In this document: one piece after another, positions 1-16,139 of the stretch
How the letters are laid out: the number at the start of each line of letters is the position of its first letter
Numbering within the stretch: position 1 is the first letter of the stretch
Assembly: GCA_964016885.1 (NCBI GenBank)
Contig: OZ024743.1
Coordinates: 306,032,001-306,096,000, forward strand
Origin: Eledone cirrhosa
Lineage: Eukaryota
Length of the DNA: 64,000 bases
Direction of reading: 5' to 3'
Translations under genes and position numbers: made by a program
Notes under the pieces: generated by a model
Told to the model about the DNA's origin: nothing
Databases searched by the model: none
The model's input: only the letters and a program-made list of their open reading frames with translations

Positions 1-2781
1 AGTAGTTGATGGTAGTGTGATATGTATGGTAGATCTACCACCTTACCATTGGTATTAAGGGTAGCTAATGGTAAAGTGAGAATGTATGGTAGATCTCCCA
101 CCTTACCATTGGTATTAAGGGTAGTTGATGGTAGTGTGATATGTATGGAAGATATGCCACCTTACCATTGGTATTAAGGGTAGCTGATGGTAATGTGACA
201 ATGTATGGTAGATATGCCACCTTACCCTTGGTATTAAGGGTAGCTGATGGTAGTGTGATATGTATGGTAGATCTACCCCCTTATCATTGGTATTGAGGTT
301 AGCTGATGGTAATGTGAGAATGTATGGTAGATCTCCCACCTTACCATTTGTATTAAGGGTAGCTGATGGTAATGTGAGAATGTATGGTAGATCTCCCACC
401 TTACCATTGGTATTAAAGGTATCTGATGGTAGTGTGAGAATGTGTGGTAGATCTCCCATCTTACCATTGATATTAAGGTTAGCTAATTGTAGTGTGATAT
501 GTATGGAAGATCTCCCACCTTACCATTGGTATTAAGGGTAGCTGATGGTAATGTGATATGTATGGTACATCTCCTAACTTACCATTGGTATTAGGGGTAG
601 CTAATGGTATTGTGAGAATGTATGGTAGATCTACCACCTTACCATTGGTATTAAAGGTAGCTGATGGTAATGTATGGTAGATCTACCACCTTACCATTGG
701 TATTAAAGGTAGCTGATGGTATTGTGAGAATATATGGTAGATCTACCACCTTACCATTGGTATTAAAGATAGCTGATGGTAATGTGAGAATGTATGGTAG
801 ATCTCCCAGCTTACCATTGGTATTAAGGGTAGCTGGTGGTAGTGTGATATGTATTGTAGATCTACCACCTTACCAATGGTATTAAGATTAGCTGATGGTA
901 ATGTGAGAATGTATGGTAGATATGCCACCTTACCATTGCTATTCAGGTTAGCTGATGGTAGTGTGATATGTATGGTAGTTCTACCACCTTACCATTGCTA
1001 TTAAGGGTAGCTGATGGTAATGTGAGAATGTATGGTAGATCTACAACCTTACCATTGGTATTAAAGGTAGCTGATGGTAGTGTGATATGTATGGTAGATC
1101 TACCACCTTATCATTGGTATTAAGATTAGCTGATGGTAATGTGAGAATGTATGGTAGATCTACCACCTTGCCATTTGTATTAAAGGTAGCTGATGTTAGT
1201 GTGATATGTATGGTAGATCTACCAACTTACCATTGGTATTAAACGTAGCTGATGGTAGTGTGATATGCGTGGTAGATATACCACCTTACCATTGGTATTA
1301 AAATTAGCTGATGGTGATGTGAGAATGTATGGTAGATATGCCACCTTACCATTGGAATTCAGGTTCGCTGATGGTAATGTGAGAATGTATGGTAGATCTA
1401 CCACCTTACCATTGGTATTAAAGGTAGCTGATGGTAGTGTGATATGTATGGTAGATCTACCAACTTACCATTGGTATTAAGGTTAGCTGATGGTAATGTG
1501 AGAATGTAAGGTAGATCTACCACCTTATCATTGGTATTAAGGTTAGCTGATGGTAATGTGAGAATGTATGGTAGATCTACCACCTTATCATTGGTATTAA
1601 GGTTAGCTGATGGTAATGTGAGAATGTATGGTAGATCTCCCAACTTACCATTTGTATTAAGGGTAGTTGATGCTAGTGTGATATGTATGGTAGATCTACC
1701 ACCTTACCATTGGTATTAAGGGTAGCTGATGGTAATGTGAGAATGTATGGTAGATCTCCCACCTTACCATTGGTATTAAGGGTAGTTGATGGTAGTGTGA
1801 TATGTATGGTAGATCTACCACCTTACCAATGGTATTAAGATTAGCTGATGGTAATGTGAGAATGTATGGTAGATATGCCACCTTACCATTGGTATTCAGG
1901 TTAGCTGATGGTAGTGTGATATGTATGGTAGCTCTACCACCTTACCATTGGTATTAAGGGTAGCTGATGGTAATGTGAGAATGTATGGTAGATCTAACAC
2001 CTTACCATTGGTATTAAAGGTAGCTGATGGTAGTGTGATATGTATGGTAGATCTACCAACTTACCATTGGTATTAAGGTTAGATGATGGTAATGTGAGAA
2101 TGTATGGTAGATCTACCACCTTACCATTGGTATTAAAGGTAGCTGATGGTAGTGTGATATGAATGGTAGATCTACCACCTTACCATTGGTATTAAAATTA
2201 GCTGATGGTAATGTGAGAATGTGTGGTAGATATGCCACCTTACCATTGGAATTCACGTTAGCTGATGGTAATGTGAGAATGTATGTTAGATCTCCCACCT
2301 TACCATTGGTATTAAGGGTAGCTGATGGTAATGTAAGAATGTATGGTAGATCTACCACCTTACCATTGTTATTAAGATTATCTGATGGTAATGTCATAAT
2401 GTATGGTAGATATGCCACCTTACCATTGGTATTAAGGGTAGTTGATGGTAGTGTGATAATAATGGTAGGTCTCCCACCTTATCATTGGTATTAAGGTTAG
2501 CTGATGGTAATGTGAGAATGTATGGTAGATCTACCACCTTATCATTGGTATTAAGGTTAGCTGATGGTAATGTGAGAAAGTATGGTAGATCTCCCACCTT
2601 ACCATTGGTATGAAGGGTAGTTGATGCAAGTGTGATATGCATGGTAGATATGCCACCTCACCATTGGTATTAAGGGTAGCTGATGGTAATGTGAGAATGT
2701 ATGGTAGATCTCCCAACTTACCATTGGTATTAAGGGTAGTTGATGCTAGTGTGATATGTATTCTAGATCTACCACCTTACC

Positions 2782-5700
2782 ATTGGTATTAAGGGTAGTT
2801 GATGGTAGTGTGATATGTATGGTAGAACTACCACCTTACCATTGGTATTAAGAGGTAGCTGATGGTAATGTGAGAACGTATGGTAGATCTAACACCTTAC
2901 CATTGGTATTAAGGTTAGCTGATGGTAGTGTGATATGTATGGTAGATCTACCACCTTACCATTGGTATTAAGGGTAACTGATGGTAGTGTGATATGTATG
3001 GTAGAACTACCACCTTACCATTGGTATTAAGATTAGTTGATGGTAATGTGACAATGTATGGAAGATATGCCACCTTACCATTGGTATTCAGGTTAGCTGA
3101 TGGTAATGTGAGAATGTATGGTAGATCTCCCACCTTACCATTGGTATTAAAGGTATCTGATGGTAGTGTGAGAATGTATGGTAGATCTTCCACCTTACCA
3201 TTGATATTAAGGTTAGCTAATGGTAGTGTGATATGTATGGAAGATCTCCCACCTTACCATTGGTATTAAGGGTAGCTGATGGTAACGTGATATGTATGGT
3301 ACATCTCCCAACTTACCATTGGTATTAGGGGTAGCTAATGGTATTGTGAGAATGTATGGTAGATCTACCACCTTACCATTGGTATTAAAGGTAGCTGATG
3401 GTATTGTATGGTAGATCTACCACCTTACCATTGGTATTAAAGGTAGCTGATGGTAGTGTGTGAATTTATGGTAGATCTACCACCTTACCATTGGTATTAA
3501 GGTTAGCTAATGGTAATGTGAGAATGTATGGTAGATCTCTCACCTTACCATTAGAATTAAGGGTAGCTGATGGTATTGTCATATGTATGGTAGATATACC
3601 AACATACCATTGGTATTAAGGTTAGCTGATGGTAATATGAGAATGTATGGTAGATCTCCGACCTTACCATTGGTATTAAGGGTAGCTGATGGTAATGTGA
3701 GAATATATGGTAGATCTACCACCTTACCATTGGTATTAAAGGTAGCTGATGGTAATGTGAGAATGTATGGTAGATCTGCCACCTTACTATTGGTATTAAG
3801 GGTAGCTGATGGTAGTGTGATATGTATGTTATATCTACCACCTTACCATTGGTATTAAAGGTAGCTGATGGTATTGTGAGAATATATGGTAGATCTACCA
3901 CCTTACCATTGGTATTAAAGATAGCTGATAGTAATGTGAGAATGTATGGTAGATCTCCCACCTTACCATTGGTATTAAAGGTAGCTGGTGGTAGTGTGAT
4001 ATGTATTGTAGATCTACCACCTTACCAATGGTATTAAGATTAGCTGATGGTAATGTGAGAATGTATGGTAGATATGCCACCTTACCATTGCTATTCAGGT
4101 TAGCTGATGGTAGTGTGATATGTATGGTAGAGCTACAACCTTACCATTGGTATTAAGGGTAGCTGATGGTAATGTGAGAATGTATGGTAGATCTACCACC
4201 TTACCATTGGTATTAAAGGTAGCTGATGGTAGTGTGATATGTATGGTAGATCTACCACCTTATCATTGGTATTAAGATTAGCTGATGGTAATGTGAGAAT
4301 GTATGGTAGATCTACCACCTTACCATTGGTATTAAAGGTAGCTGATGGTAGTGTGATATGTATGGTAGATCTACCAACTTACCATTGGTATTAAAATTAG
4401 CTGATGGTAATGTGAGAATGTATGGTAGATATGCCACCTTACCATTGGAATTCAGGTTAGCTGATGGTAATGTGAGAATGTATGGTAGATCTCCCACCTT
4501 ACCATTGGTATTAAGGGTAGCTGATGGTAATGTGAGAATGTATGGTAGATCTACCACCTTACCATTGTTGTTAAGGTTAGCTGATGGTAGTGTGATAGGT
4601 ATGGTAGATCTACCAGCTTACCATTGGTATTAAGATTATCTGATGGTAATGTCATAATGTATGGTAGATATGCCACCTTACCATTGGTATTAAGGGTAGT
4701 TGATGGTAGTGTGATATGTATGGTAGATCTACCAACTTATCATTGGTATTAAGGTTAGCTGATGGTAATGTGAGAATGTATGCTAGATCTACCACCTTAC
4801 CATTGGTATTAAGGGTAGTTGATGGTGGTGTGATATGTATGGTAGATCTACCACCTTACCATTGGTATTAAGGGTAGCTGATGGTAATGTGAGAATGTAT
4901 GGTAGATCTCCCACCTTACCATTGGTATTAAGGGTAGTTGATGGTAGTGTGATATGTATGGTAGATCTACCACCTTACTATTGGTATTAAGGGTAGTTGA
5001 TGGTAGTGTGATATGTATGGTAGAACTACCACCTTACCATTGGTATTAAGAGGTAGCTGATGGTAATGTGAGAACGTATGGTAGATCTAACACCTTACCA
5101 TTGGTATTAAGGTTAGCTGATGGTAGTGTGATATGTATGGTAGATCTACCACCTTACCATTGGTATTAAGGGTAACTGATGGTAGTGTGATATGTATGGT
5201 AGAACTACCACCTTACCATTGGTATTAAGATTAGTTGATGGTAATGTGACAATGTATGGAAGATATGCCACCTTACCATTGGTATTCAGGTTAGCTGATG
5301 GTAATGTGAGAATGTATGGTAGATCTCCCACCTTACCATTGGTATTAAAGGTATCTGATGGTAGTGTGAGAATGTATGGTAGATCTTCCACCTTACCATT
5401 GATATTAAGGTTAGCTAATGGTAGTGTGATATGTATGGAAGATCTCCCACCTTACCATTGGTATTAAGGGTAGCTGATGGTAACGTGATATGTATGGTAC
5501 ATCTCCCAACTTACCATTGGTATTAGGGGTAGCTAATGGTATTGTGAGAATGTATGGTAGATCTACCACCTTACCATTGGTATTAAAGGTAGCTGATGGT
5601 ATTGTATGGTAGATCTACCACCTTACCATTGGTATTAAAGGTAGCTGATGGTAGTGTGTGAATTTATGGTAGATCTACCACCTTACCATTGGTATTAAGG

Positions 5701-7222
5701 TTAGCTAATGGTAATGTGAGAATGTATGGTAGATCTCTCACCTTACCATTAGAATTAAGGGTAGCTGATGGTATTGTCATATGTATGGTAGATATACCAA
5801 CATACCATTGGTATTAAGGTTAGCTGATGGTAATATGAGAATGTATGGTAGATCTCCGACCTTACCATTGGTATTAAGGGTAGCTGATGGTAATGTGAGA
5901 ATATATGGTAGATCTACCACCTTACCATTGGTATTAAAGGTAGCTGATGGTAATGTGAGAATGTATGGTAGATCTGCCACCTTACTATTGGTATTAAGGG
6001 TAGCTGATGGTAGTGTGATATGTATGTTATATCTACCACCTTACCATTGGTATTAAAGGTAGCTGATGGTATTGTGAGAATATATGGTAGATCTACCACC
6101 TTACCATTGGTATTAAAGATAGCTGATAGTAATGTGAGAATGTATGGTAGATCTCCCACCTTACCATTGGTATTAAAGGTAGCTGGTGGTAGTGTGATAT
6201 GTATTGTAGATCTACCACCTTACCAATGGTATTAAGATTAGCTGATGGTAATGTGAGAATGTATGGTAGATATGCCACCTTACCATTGCTATTCAGGTTA
6301 GCTGATGGTAGTGTGATATGTATGGTAGAGCTACAACCTTACCATTGGTATTAAGGGTAGCTGATGGTAATGTGAGAATGTATGGTAGATCTACCACCTT
6401 ACCATTGGTATTAAAGGTAGCTGATGGTAGTGTGATATGTATGGTAGATCTACCACCTTATCATTGGTATTAAGATTAGCTGATGGTAATGTGAGAATGT
6501 ATGGTAGATCTACCACCTTACCATTGGTATTAAAGGTAGCTGATGGTAGTGTGATATGTATGGTAGATCTACCAACTTACCATTGGTATTAAAATTAGCT
6601 GATGGTAATGTGAGAATGTATGGTAGATATGCCACCTTACCATTGGAATTCAGGTTAGCTGATGGTAATGTGAGAATGTATGGTAGATCTCCCACCTTAC
6701 CATTGGTATTAAGGGTAGCTGATGGTAATGTGAGAATGTATGGTAGATCTACCACCTTACCATTGTTGTTAAGGTTAGCTGATGGTAGTGTGATAGGTAT
6801 GGTAGATCTACCAGCTTACCATTGGTATTAAGATTATCTGATGGTAATGTCATAATGTATGGTAGATATGCCACCTTACCATTGGTATTAAGGGTAGTTG
6901 ATGGTAGTGTGATATGTATGGTAGATCTACCAACTTATCATTGGTATTAAGGTTAGCTGATGGTAATGTGAGAATGTATGCTAGATCTACCACCTTACCA
7001 TTGGTATTAAGGGTAGTTGATGGTGGTGTGATATGTATGGTAGATCTACCACCTTACCATTGGTATTAAGGGTAGCTGATGGTAATGTGAGAATGTATGG
7101 TAGATCTCCCACCTTACCATTGGTATTAAGGGTAGTTGATGGTAGTGTGATATGTATGGTAGATCTACCACCTTACTATTGGTATTAAGGGTAGTTGATG
7201 GTAGTGTGATATGTATGGTAGA
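2782..7222. repeat. Nested tandem duplication, period 2198 bp (~37 monomers), two copies
   Basis: ORFs at constant offset 2198 (2948->5146, 3579->5777, 4358->6556); the rare TAAGAGGTAGC and GAGAACG variants occur at 2851 and 5049. Confidence 0.92.
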
Positions 7223-10200
7223 TCTACCACCTTACCATTGGTATTAAGGGTAGCTGATGGTAATGTGAGAATGTATGGTAGATCTAACACCTTACCATTG
7301 GTATTAAGGCTAGCTGATGGTAGTGTGATATGTATGGTAGATCTACCACCTTACCATTGGTATTAAGGGTAGCTGATTTTAGTGTGATATGTATGGTAGA
7401 ACTACCACCTTACCATTGGTATTAAGATTAGCTGAAGGTAATGTGAGAATGTATGGAAGATATGCCACCTTACCATTGGTATTAAGGGTAGCTGATGGTA
7501 ATGTGACAATGTATGGTAGATATGCCACCTTACCATTGGTATTAAGGGTAGCTGATGGTAGTGTGATATGTATGGTAGATCTACCACCTTATCATTGGTA
7601 TTGAGGTTAGCTGATGGTAATGTGAGAATGTATGGTAGATCTCCCAACTTACCATTTGTATTAAGGGTAGTTGATGCTAGTGTGATATGTATGGTAGATC
7701 TACCACCTTACCATTGGTATTAAGGGTAGCTGATGGTAATGTGAGAATGTATGGTAGATCTCCCACCTTACCATTGGTATTAAGGGTAGTTGATGGTAGT
7801 GTGATATGTATGGTAGATCTACCACCTTACCAATGGTATTAAGATTAGCTGATGGTAATGTGAGAATGTATGGTAGATATGCCACCTTACCATTGGTATT
7901 CAGGTTAGCTGATGGTAGTGTGATATGTATGGTATATCTACCACCTTACCAGTGGTATTAAGGGTAGCTGATGGTAATGTGAGAATGTATGGTAGATCTA
8001 CCACCTTACCATTGGTATTAAAGGTAGCTGATGGTAGTGTGATATGTATGGTAGATCTACCAACTTACCATTGGTATTAAGGTTAGATGATGGTAATGTG
8101 AGAATGTATGGTAGCTCTACCACCTTACCATTGGTATTAAAGGTAGCTGATGGTAGTGTGATATGCATGGTAGATCTACCACCTTACCATTGGTATTAAA
8201 ATTAGCTGATGGTAATGTGAGAATGTATGGTAGATATGCCACCTTACCATTGGAATTCAGGTTAGCTGATGGTAATGTGAGAATGTATGGTAGATCTCCC
8301 ACCTTACCATTGGTATTAAGGGTAGCTGATGGTAATGTGAGAATGTATGGTAGATCTACCACCTTACCATTGTTATTAAGGTTAGCTGATGGTAGTGTGA
8401 TAGGTATAGTAGATCTACCACCTTACCATTGGTATTAAGATTATCTGATGGTAATGTCATAATGTATGGTAGATATGCCACCTTACCATTGGTATTAAGG
8501 GTAGTTGATGGTAGTGTGATAATTATGGTAGATCTACCAACTTATCATTGGTATTAAGGTTAGCTGATGGTAATGTGAGAATGTATGGTAGATCTCCCAC
8601 CTTATCATTGGTATTAAGGTTAGCTGATGGTAATGTGAGAATGTATGGTAGATCTCCCACCTTATCATTGGTATTAAGGTTAGCTGATGGTAATGTGAGA
8701 ATGTATGGTAGATCTACCACCTTATCATTGGTATTAAGGTTAGCTGATGGTAATGTGAGAAAGTATGGTAGATCTCCCACCTTACCATTGGTATTAAGGG
8801 TAGTTGGTGCTAGTGTGATATGCATGGTAGATATGCCACCTTACCATTGGTATTAAGGGTAGCTGATGGTAATGTGAGAATGTATGGTAGATCTCCCAAC
8901 TTACCATTGGTATTAAGAGTAGTTGATGGTAGTGTGATATGTATGGTAGATCTACCACCTTACCATTGGTATTAAGGGTAGCTAATGGTAAAGTGAGAAT
9001 GTATGGTAGATCTCCCACCTTACCATTGGTATTAAGGGTAGTTGATGGTAGTGTGATATGTATGGAAGATATGCCACCTTACCATTGGTATTAAGGGTAG
9101 CTGATGGTAATGTGACAATGTATGGTAGATATGCCACCTTACCCTTGGTATTAAGGGTAGCTGATGGTAGTGTGATATGTATGGTAGATCTACCCCCTTA
9201 TCATTGGTATTGAGGTTAGCTGATGGTAATGTGAGAATGTATGGTAGATCTCCCACCTTACCATTTGTATTAAGGGTAGCTGATGGTAATGTGAGAATGT
9301 ATGGTAGATCTCCCACCTTACCATTGGTATTAAAGGTATCTGATGGTAGTGTGAGAATGTGTGGTAGATCTCCCATCTTACCATTGATATTAAGGTTAGC
9401 TAATTGTAGTGTGATATGTATGGAAGATCTCCCACCTTACCATTGGTATTAAGGGTAGCTGATGGTAATGTGATATGTATGGTACATCTCCTAACTTACC
9501 ATTGGTATTAGGGGTAGCTAATGGTATTGTGAGAATGTATGGTAGATCTACCACCTTACCATTGGTATTAAAGGTAGCTGATGGTAATGTATGGTAGATC
9601 TACCACCTTACCATTGGTATTAAAGGTAGCTGATGGTATTGTGAGAATATATGGTAGATCTACCACCTTACCATTGGTATTAAAGATAGCTGATGGTAAT
9701 GTGAGAATGTATGGTAGATCTCCCAGCTTACCATTGGTATTAAGGGTAGCTGGTGGTAGTGTGATATGTATTGTAGATCTACCACCTTACCAATGGTATT
9801 AAGATTAGCTGATGGTAATGTGAGAATGTATGGTAGATATGCCACCTTACCATTGCTATTCAGGTTAGCTGATGGTAGTGTGATATGTATGGTAGTTCTA
9901 CCACCTTACCATTGCTATTAAGGGTAGCTGATGGTAATGTGAGAATGTATGGTAGATCTACAACCTTACCATTGGTATTAAAGGTAGCTGATGGTAGTGT
10001 GATATGTATGGTAGATCTACCACCTTATCATTGGTATTAAGATTAGCTGATGGTAATGTGAGAATGTATGGTAGATCTACCACCTTGCCATTTGTATTAA
10101 AGGTAGCTGATGTTAGTGTGATATGTATGGTAGATCTACCAACTTACCATTGGTATTAAACGTAGCTGATGGTAGTGTGATATGCGTGGTAGATATACCA

Positions 10201-11698
10201 CCTTACCATTGGTATTAAAATTAGCTGATGGTGATGTGAGAATGTATGGTAGATATGCCACCTTACCATTGGAATTCAGGTTCGCTGATGGTAATGTGAG
10301 AATGTATGGTAGATCTACCACCTTACCATTGGTATTAAAGGTAGCTGATGGTAGTGTGATATGTATGGTAGATCTACCAACTTACCATTGGTATTAAGGT
10401 TAGCTGATGGTAATGTGAGAATGTAAGGTAGATCTACCACCTTATCATTGGTATTAAGGTTAGCTGATGGTAATGTGAGAATGTATGGTAGATCTACCAC
10501 CTTATCATTGGTATTAAGGTTAGCTGATGGTAATGTGAGAATGTATGGTAGATCTCCCAACTTACCATTTGTATTAAGGGTAGTTGATGCTAGTGTGATA
10601 TGTATGGTAGATCTACCACCTTACCATTGGTATTAAGGGTAGCTGATGGTAATGTGAGAATGTATGGTAGATCTCCCACCTTACCATTGGTATTAAGGGT
10701 AGTTGATGGTAGTGTGATATGTATGGTAGATCTACCACCTTACCAATGGTATTAAGATTAGCTGATGGTAATGTGAGAATGTATGGTAGATATGCCACCT
10801 TACCATTGGTATTCAGGTTAGCTGATGGTAGTGTGATATGTATGGTAGCTCTACCACCTTACCATTGGTATTAAGGGTAGCTGATGGTAATGTGAGAATG
10901 TATGGTAGATCTAACACCTTACCATTGGTATTAAAGGTAGCTGATGGTAGTGTGATATGTATGGTAGATCTACCAACTTACCATTGGTATTAAGGTTAGA
11001 TGATGGTAATGTGAGAATGTATGGTAGATCTACCACCTTACCATTGGTATTAAAGGTAGCTGATGGTAGTGTGATATGAATGGTAGATCTACCACCTTAC
11101 CATTGGTATTAAAATTAGCTGATGGTAATGTGAGAATGTGTGGTAGATATGCCACCTTACCATTGGAATTCACGTTAGCTGATGGTAATGTGAGAATGTA
11201 TGTTAGATCTCCCACCTTACCATTGGTATTAAGGGTAGCTGATGGTAATGTAAGAATGTATGGTAGATCTACCACCTTACCATTGTTATTAAGATTATCT
11301 GATGGTAATGTCATAATGTATGGTAGATATGCCACCTTACCATTGGTATTAAGGGTAGTTGATGGTAGTGTGATAATAATGGTAGGTCTCCCACCTTATC
11401 ATTGGTATTAAGGTTAGCTGATGGTAATGTGAGAATGTATGGTAGATCTACCACCTTATCATTGGTATTAAGGTTAGCTGATGGTAATGTGAGAAAGTAT
11501 GGTAGATCTCCCACCTTACCATTGGTATGAAGGGTAGTTGATGCAAGTGTGATATGCATGGTAGATATGCCACCTCACCATTGGTATTAAGGGTAGCTGA
11601 TGGTAATGTGAGAATGTATGGTAGATCTCCCAACTTACCATTGGTATTAAGGGTAGTTGATGCTAGTGTGATATGTATTCTAGATCTACCACCTTACC

Positions 11699-14600
11699 AT
11701 TGGTATTAAGGGTAGTTGATGGTAGTGTGATATGTATGGTAGAACTACCACCTTACCATTGGTATTAAGAGGTAGCTGATGGTAATGTGAGAACGTATGG
11801 TAGATCTAACACCTTACCATTGGTATTAAGGTTAGCTGATGGTAGTGTGATATGTATGGTAGATCTACCACCTTACCATTGGTATTAAGGGTAACTGATG
11901 GTAGTGTGATATGTATGGTAGAACTACCACCTTACCATTGGTATTAAGATTAGTTGATGGTAATGTGACAATGTATGGAAGATATGCCACCTTACCATTG
12001 GTATTCAGGTTAGCTGATGGTAATGTGAGAATGTATGGTAGATCTCCCACCTTACCATTGGTATTAAAGGTATCTGATGGTAGTGTGAGAATGTATGGTA
12101 GATCTTCCACCTTACCATTGATATTAAGGTTAGCTAATGGTAGTGTGATATGTATGGAAGATCTCCCACCTTACCATTGGTATTAAGGGTAGCTGATGGT
12201 AACGTGATATGTATGGTACATCTCCCAACTTACCATTGGTATTAGGGGTAGCTAATGGTATTGTGAGAATGTATGGTAGATCTACCACCTTACCATTGGT
12301 ATTAAAGGTAGCTGATGGTATTGTATGGTAGATCTACCACCTTACCATTGGTATTAAAGGTAGCTGATGGTAGTGTGTGAATTTATGGTAGATCTACCAC
12401 CTTACCATTGGTATTAAGGTTAGCTAATGGTAATGTGAGAATGTATGGTAGATCTCTCACCTTACCATTAGAATTAAGGGTAGCTGATGGTATTGTCATA
12501 TGTATGGTAGATATACCAACATACCATTGGTATTAAGGTTAGCTGATGGTAATATGAGAATGTATGGTAGATCTCCGACCTTACCATTGGTATTAAGGGT
12601 AGCTGATGGTAATGTGAGAATATATGGTAGATCTACCACCTTACCATTGGTATTAAAGGTAGCTGATGGTAATGTGAGAATGTATGGTAGATCTGCCACC
12701 TTACTATTGGTATTAAGGGTAGCTGATGGTAGTGTGATATGTATGTTATATCTACCACCTTACCATTGGTATTAAAGGTAGCTGATGGTATTGTGAGAAT
12801 ATATGGTAGATCTACCACCTTACCATTGGTATTAAAGATAGCTGATAGTAATGTGAGAATGTATGGTAGATCTCCCACCTTACCATTGGTATTAAAGGTA
12901 GCTGGTGGTAGTGTGATATGTATTGTAGATCTACCACCTTACCAATGGTATTAAGATTAGCTGATGGTAATGTGAGAATGTATGGTAGATATGCCACCTT
13001 ACCATTGCTATTCAGGTTAGCTGATGGTAGTGTGATATGTATGGTAGAGCTACAACCTTACCATTGGTATTAAGGGTAGCTGATGGTAATGTGAGAATGT
13101 ATGGTAGATCTACCACCTTACCATTGGTATTAAAGGTAGCTGATGGTAGTGTGATATGTATGGTAGATCTACCACCTTATCATTGGTATTAAGATTAGCT
13201 GATGGTAATGTGAGAATGTATGGTAGATCTACCACCTTACCATTGGTATTAAAGGTAGCTGATGGTAGTGTGATATGTATGGTAGATCTACCAACTTACC
13301 ATTGGTATTAAAATTAGCTGATGGTAATGTGAGAATGTATGGTAGATATGCCACCTTACCATTGGAATTCAGGTTAGCTGATGGTAATGTGAGAATGTAT
13401 GGTAGATCTCCCACCTTACCATTGGTATTAAGGGTAGCTGATGGTAATGTGAGAATGTATGGTAGATCTACCACCTTACCATTGTTGTTAAGGTTAGCTG
13501 ATGGTAGTGTGATAGGTATGGTAGATCTACCAGCTTACCATTGGTATTAAGATTATCTGATGGTAATGTCATAATGTATGGTAGATATGCCACCTTACCA
13601 TTGGTATTAAGGGTAGTTGATGGTAGTGTGATATGTATGGTAGATCTACCAACTTATCATTGGTATTAAGGTTAGCTGATGGTAATGTGAGAATGTATGC
13701 TAGATCTACCACCTTACCATTGGTATTAAGGGTAGTTGATGGTGGTGTGATATGTATGGTAGATCTACCACCTTACCATTGGTATTAAGGGTAGCTGATG
13801 GTAATGTGAGAATGTATGGTAGATCTCCCACCTTACCATTGGTATTAAGGGTAGTTGATGGTAGTGTGATATGTATGGTAGATCTACCACCTTACTATTG
13901 GTATTAAGGGTAGTTGATGGTAGTGTGATATGTATGGTAGAACTACCACCTTACCATTGGTATTAAGAGGTAGCTGATGGTAATGTGAGAACGTATGGTA
14001 GATCTAACACCTTACCATTGGTATTAAGGTTAGCTGATGGTAGTGTGATATGTATGGTAGATCTACCACCTTACCATTGGTATTAAGGGTAACTGATGGT
14101 AGTGTGATATGTATGGTAGAACTACCACCTTACCATTGGTATTAAGATTAGTTGATGGTAATGTGACAATGTATGGAAGATATGCCACCTTACCATTGGT
14201 ATTCAGGTTAGCTGATGGTAATGTGAGAATGTATGGTAGATCTCCCACCTTACCATTGGTATTAAAGGTATCTGATGGTAGTGTGAGAATGTATGGTAGA
14301 TCTTCCACCTTACCATTGATATTAAGGTTAGCTAATGGTAGTGTGATATGTATGGAAGATCTCCCACCTTACCATTGGTATTAAGGGTAGCTGATGGTAA
14401 CGTGATATGTATGGTACATCTCCCAACTTACCATTGGTATTAGGGGTAGCTAATGGTATTGTGAGAATGTATGGTAGATCTACCACCTTACCATTGGTAT
14501 TAAAGGTAGCTGATGGTATTGTATGGTAGATCTACCACCTTACCATTGGTATTAAAGGTAGCTGATGGTAGTGTGTGAATTTATGGTAGATCTACCACCT

Positions 14601-16139
14601 TACCATTGGTATTAAGGTTAGCTAATGGTAATGTGAGAATGTATGGTAGATCTCTCACCTTACCATTAGAATTAAGGGTAGCTGATGGTATTGTCATATG
14701 TATGGTAGATATACCAACATACCATTGGTATTAAGGTTAGCTGATGGTAATATGAGAATGTATGGTAGATCTCCGACCTTACCATTGGTATTAAGGGTAG
14801 CTGATGGTAATGTGAGAATATATGGTAGATCTACCACCTTACCATTGGTATTAAAGGTAGCTGATGGTAATGTGAGAATGTATGGTAGATCTGCCACCTT
14901 ACTATTGGTATTAAGGGTAGCTGATGGTAGTGTGATATGTATGTTATATCTACCACCTTACCATTGGTATTAAAGGTAGCTGATGGTATTGTGAGAATAT
15001 ATGGTAGATCTACCACCTTACCATTGGTATTAAAGATAGCTGATAGTAATGTGAGAATGTATGGTAGATCTCCCACCTTACCATTGGTATTAAAGGTAGC
15101 TGGTGGTAGTGTGATATGTATTGTAGATCTACCACCTTACCAATGGTATTAAGATTAGCTGATGGTAATGTGAGAATGTATGGTAGATATGCCACCTTAC
15201 CATTGCTATTCAGGTTAGCTGATGGTAGTGTGATATGTATGGTAGAGCTACAACCTTACCATTGGTATTAAGGGTAGCTGATGGTAATGTGAGAATGTAT
15301 GGTAGATCTACCACCTTACCATTGGTATTAAAGGTAGCTGATGGTAGTGTGATATGTATGGTAGATCTACCACCTTATCATTGGTATTAAGATTAGCTGA
15401 TGGTAATGTGAGAATGTATGGTAGATCTACCACCTTACCATTGGTATTAAAGGTAGCTGATGGTAGTGTGATATGTATGGTAGATCTACCAACTTACCAT
15501 TGGTATTAAAATTAGCTGATGGTAATGTGAGAATGTATGGTAGATATGCCACCTTACCATTGGAATTCAGGTTAGCTGATGGTAATGTGAGAATGTATGG
15601 TAGATCTCCCACCTTACCATTGGTATTAAGGGTAGCTGATGGTAATGTGAGAATGTATGGTAGATCTACCACCTTACCATTGTTGTTAAGGTTAGCTGAT
15701 GGTAGTGTGATAGGTATGGTAGATCTACCAGCTTACCATTGGTATTAAGATTATCTGATGGTAATGTCATAATGTATGGTAGATATGCCACCTTACCATT
15801 GGTATTAAGGGTAGTTGATGGTAGTGTGATATGTATGGTAGATCTACCAACTTATCATTGGTATTAAGGTTAGCTGATGGTAATGTGAGAATGTATGCTA
15901 GATCTACCACCTTACCATTGGTATTAAGGGTAGTTGATGGTGGTGTGATATGTATGGTAGATCTACCACCTTACCATTGGTATTAAGGGTAGCTGATGGT
16001 AATGTGAGAATGTATGGTAGATCTCCCACCTTACCATTGGTATTAAGGGTAGTTGATGGTAGTGTGATATGTATGGTAGATCTACCACCTTACTATTGGT
16101 ATTAAGGGTAGTTGATGGTAGTGTGATATGTATGGTAGA
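11699..16139. repeat. Second instance of the nested 2198-bp duplication, carried within the 8917-bp unit
   Basis: ORFs 11865->14063 and 13275->15473 have offset 2198; the block equals 2782-7222 shifted by 8917. Confidence 0.92.

Noticed and set aside
591-597. Telomeric TTAGGG motif (TTAGGGG variant; TTAAGGG in the consensus)
   Set aside because: These are isolated single motifs from one A>G change in a marker monomer, never tandem. They are not evidence of telomeric repeat or a G-quadruplex.
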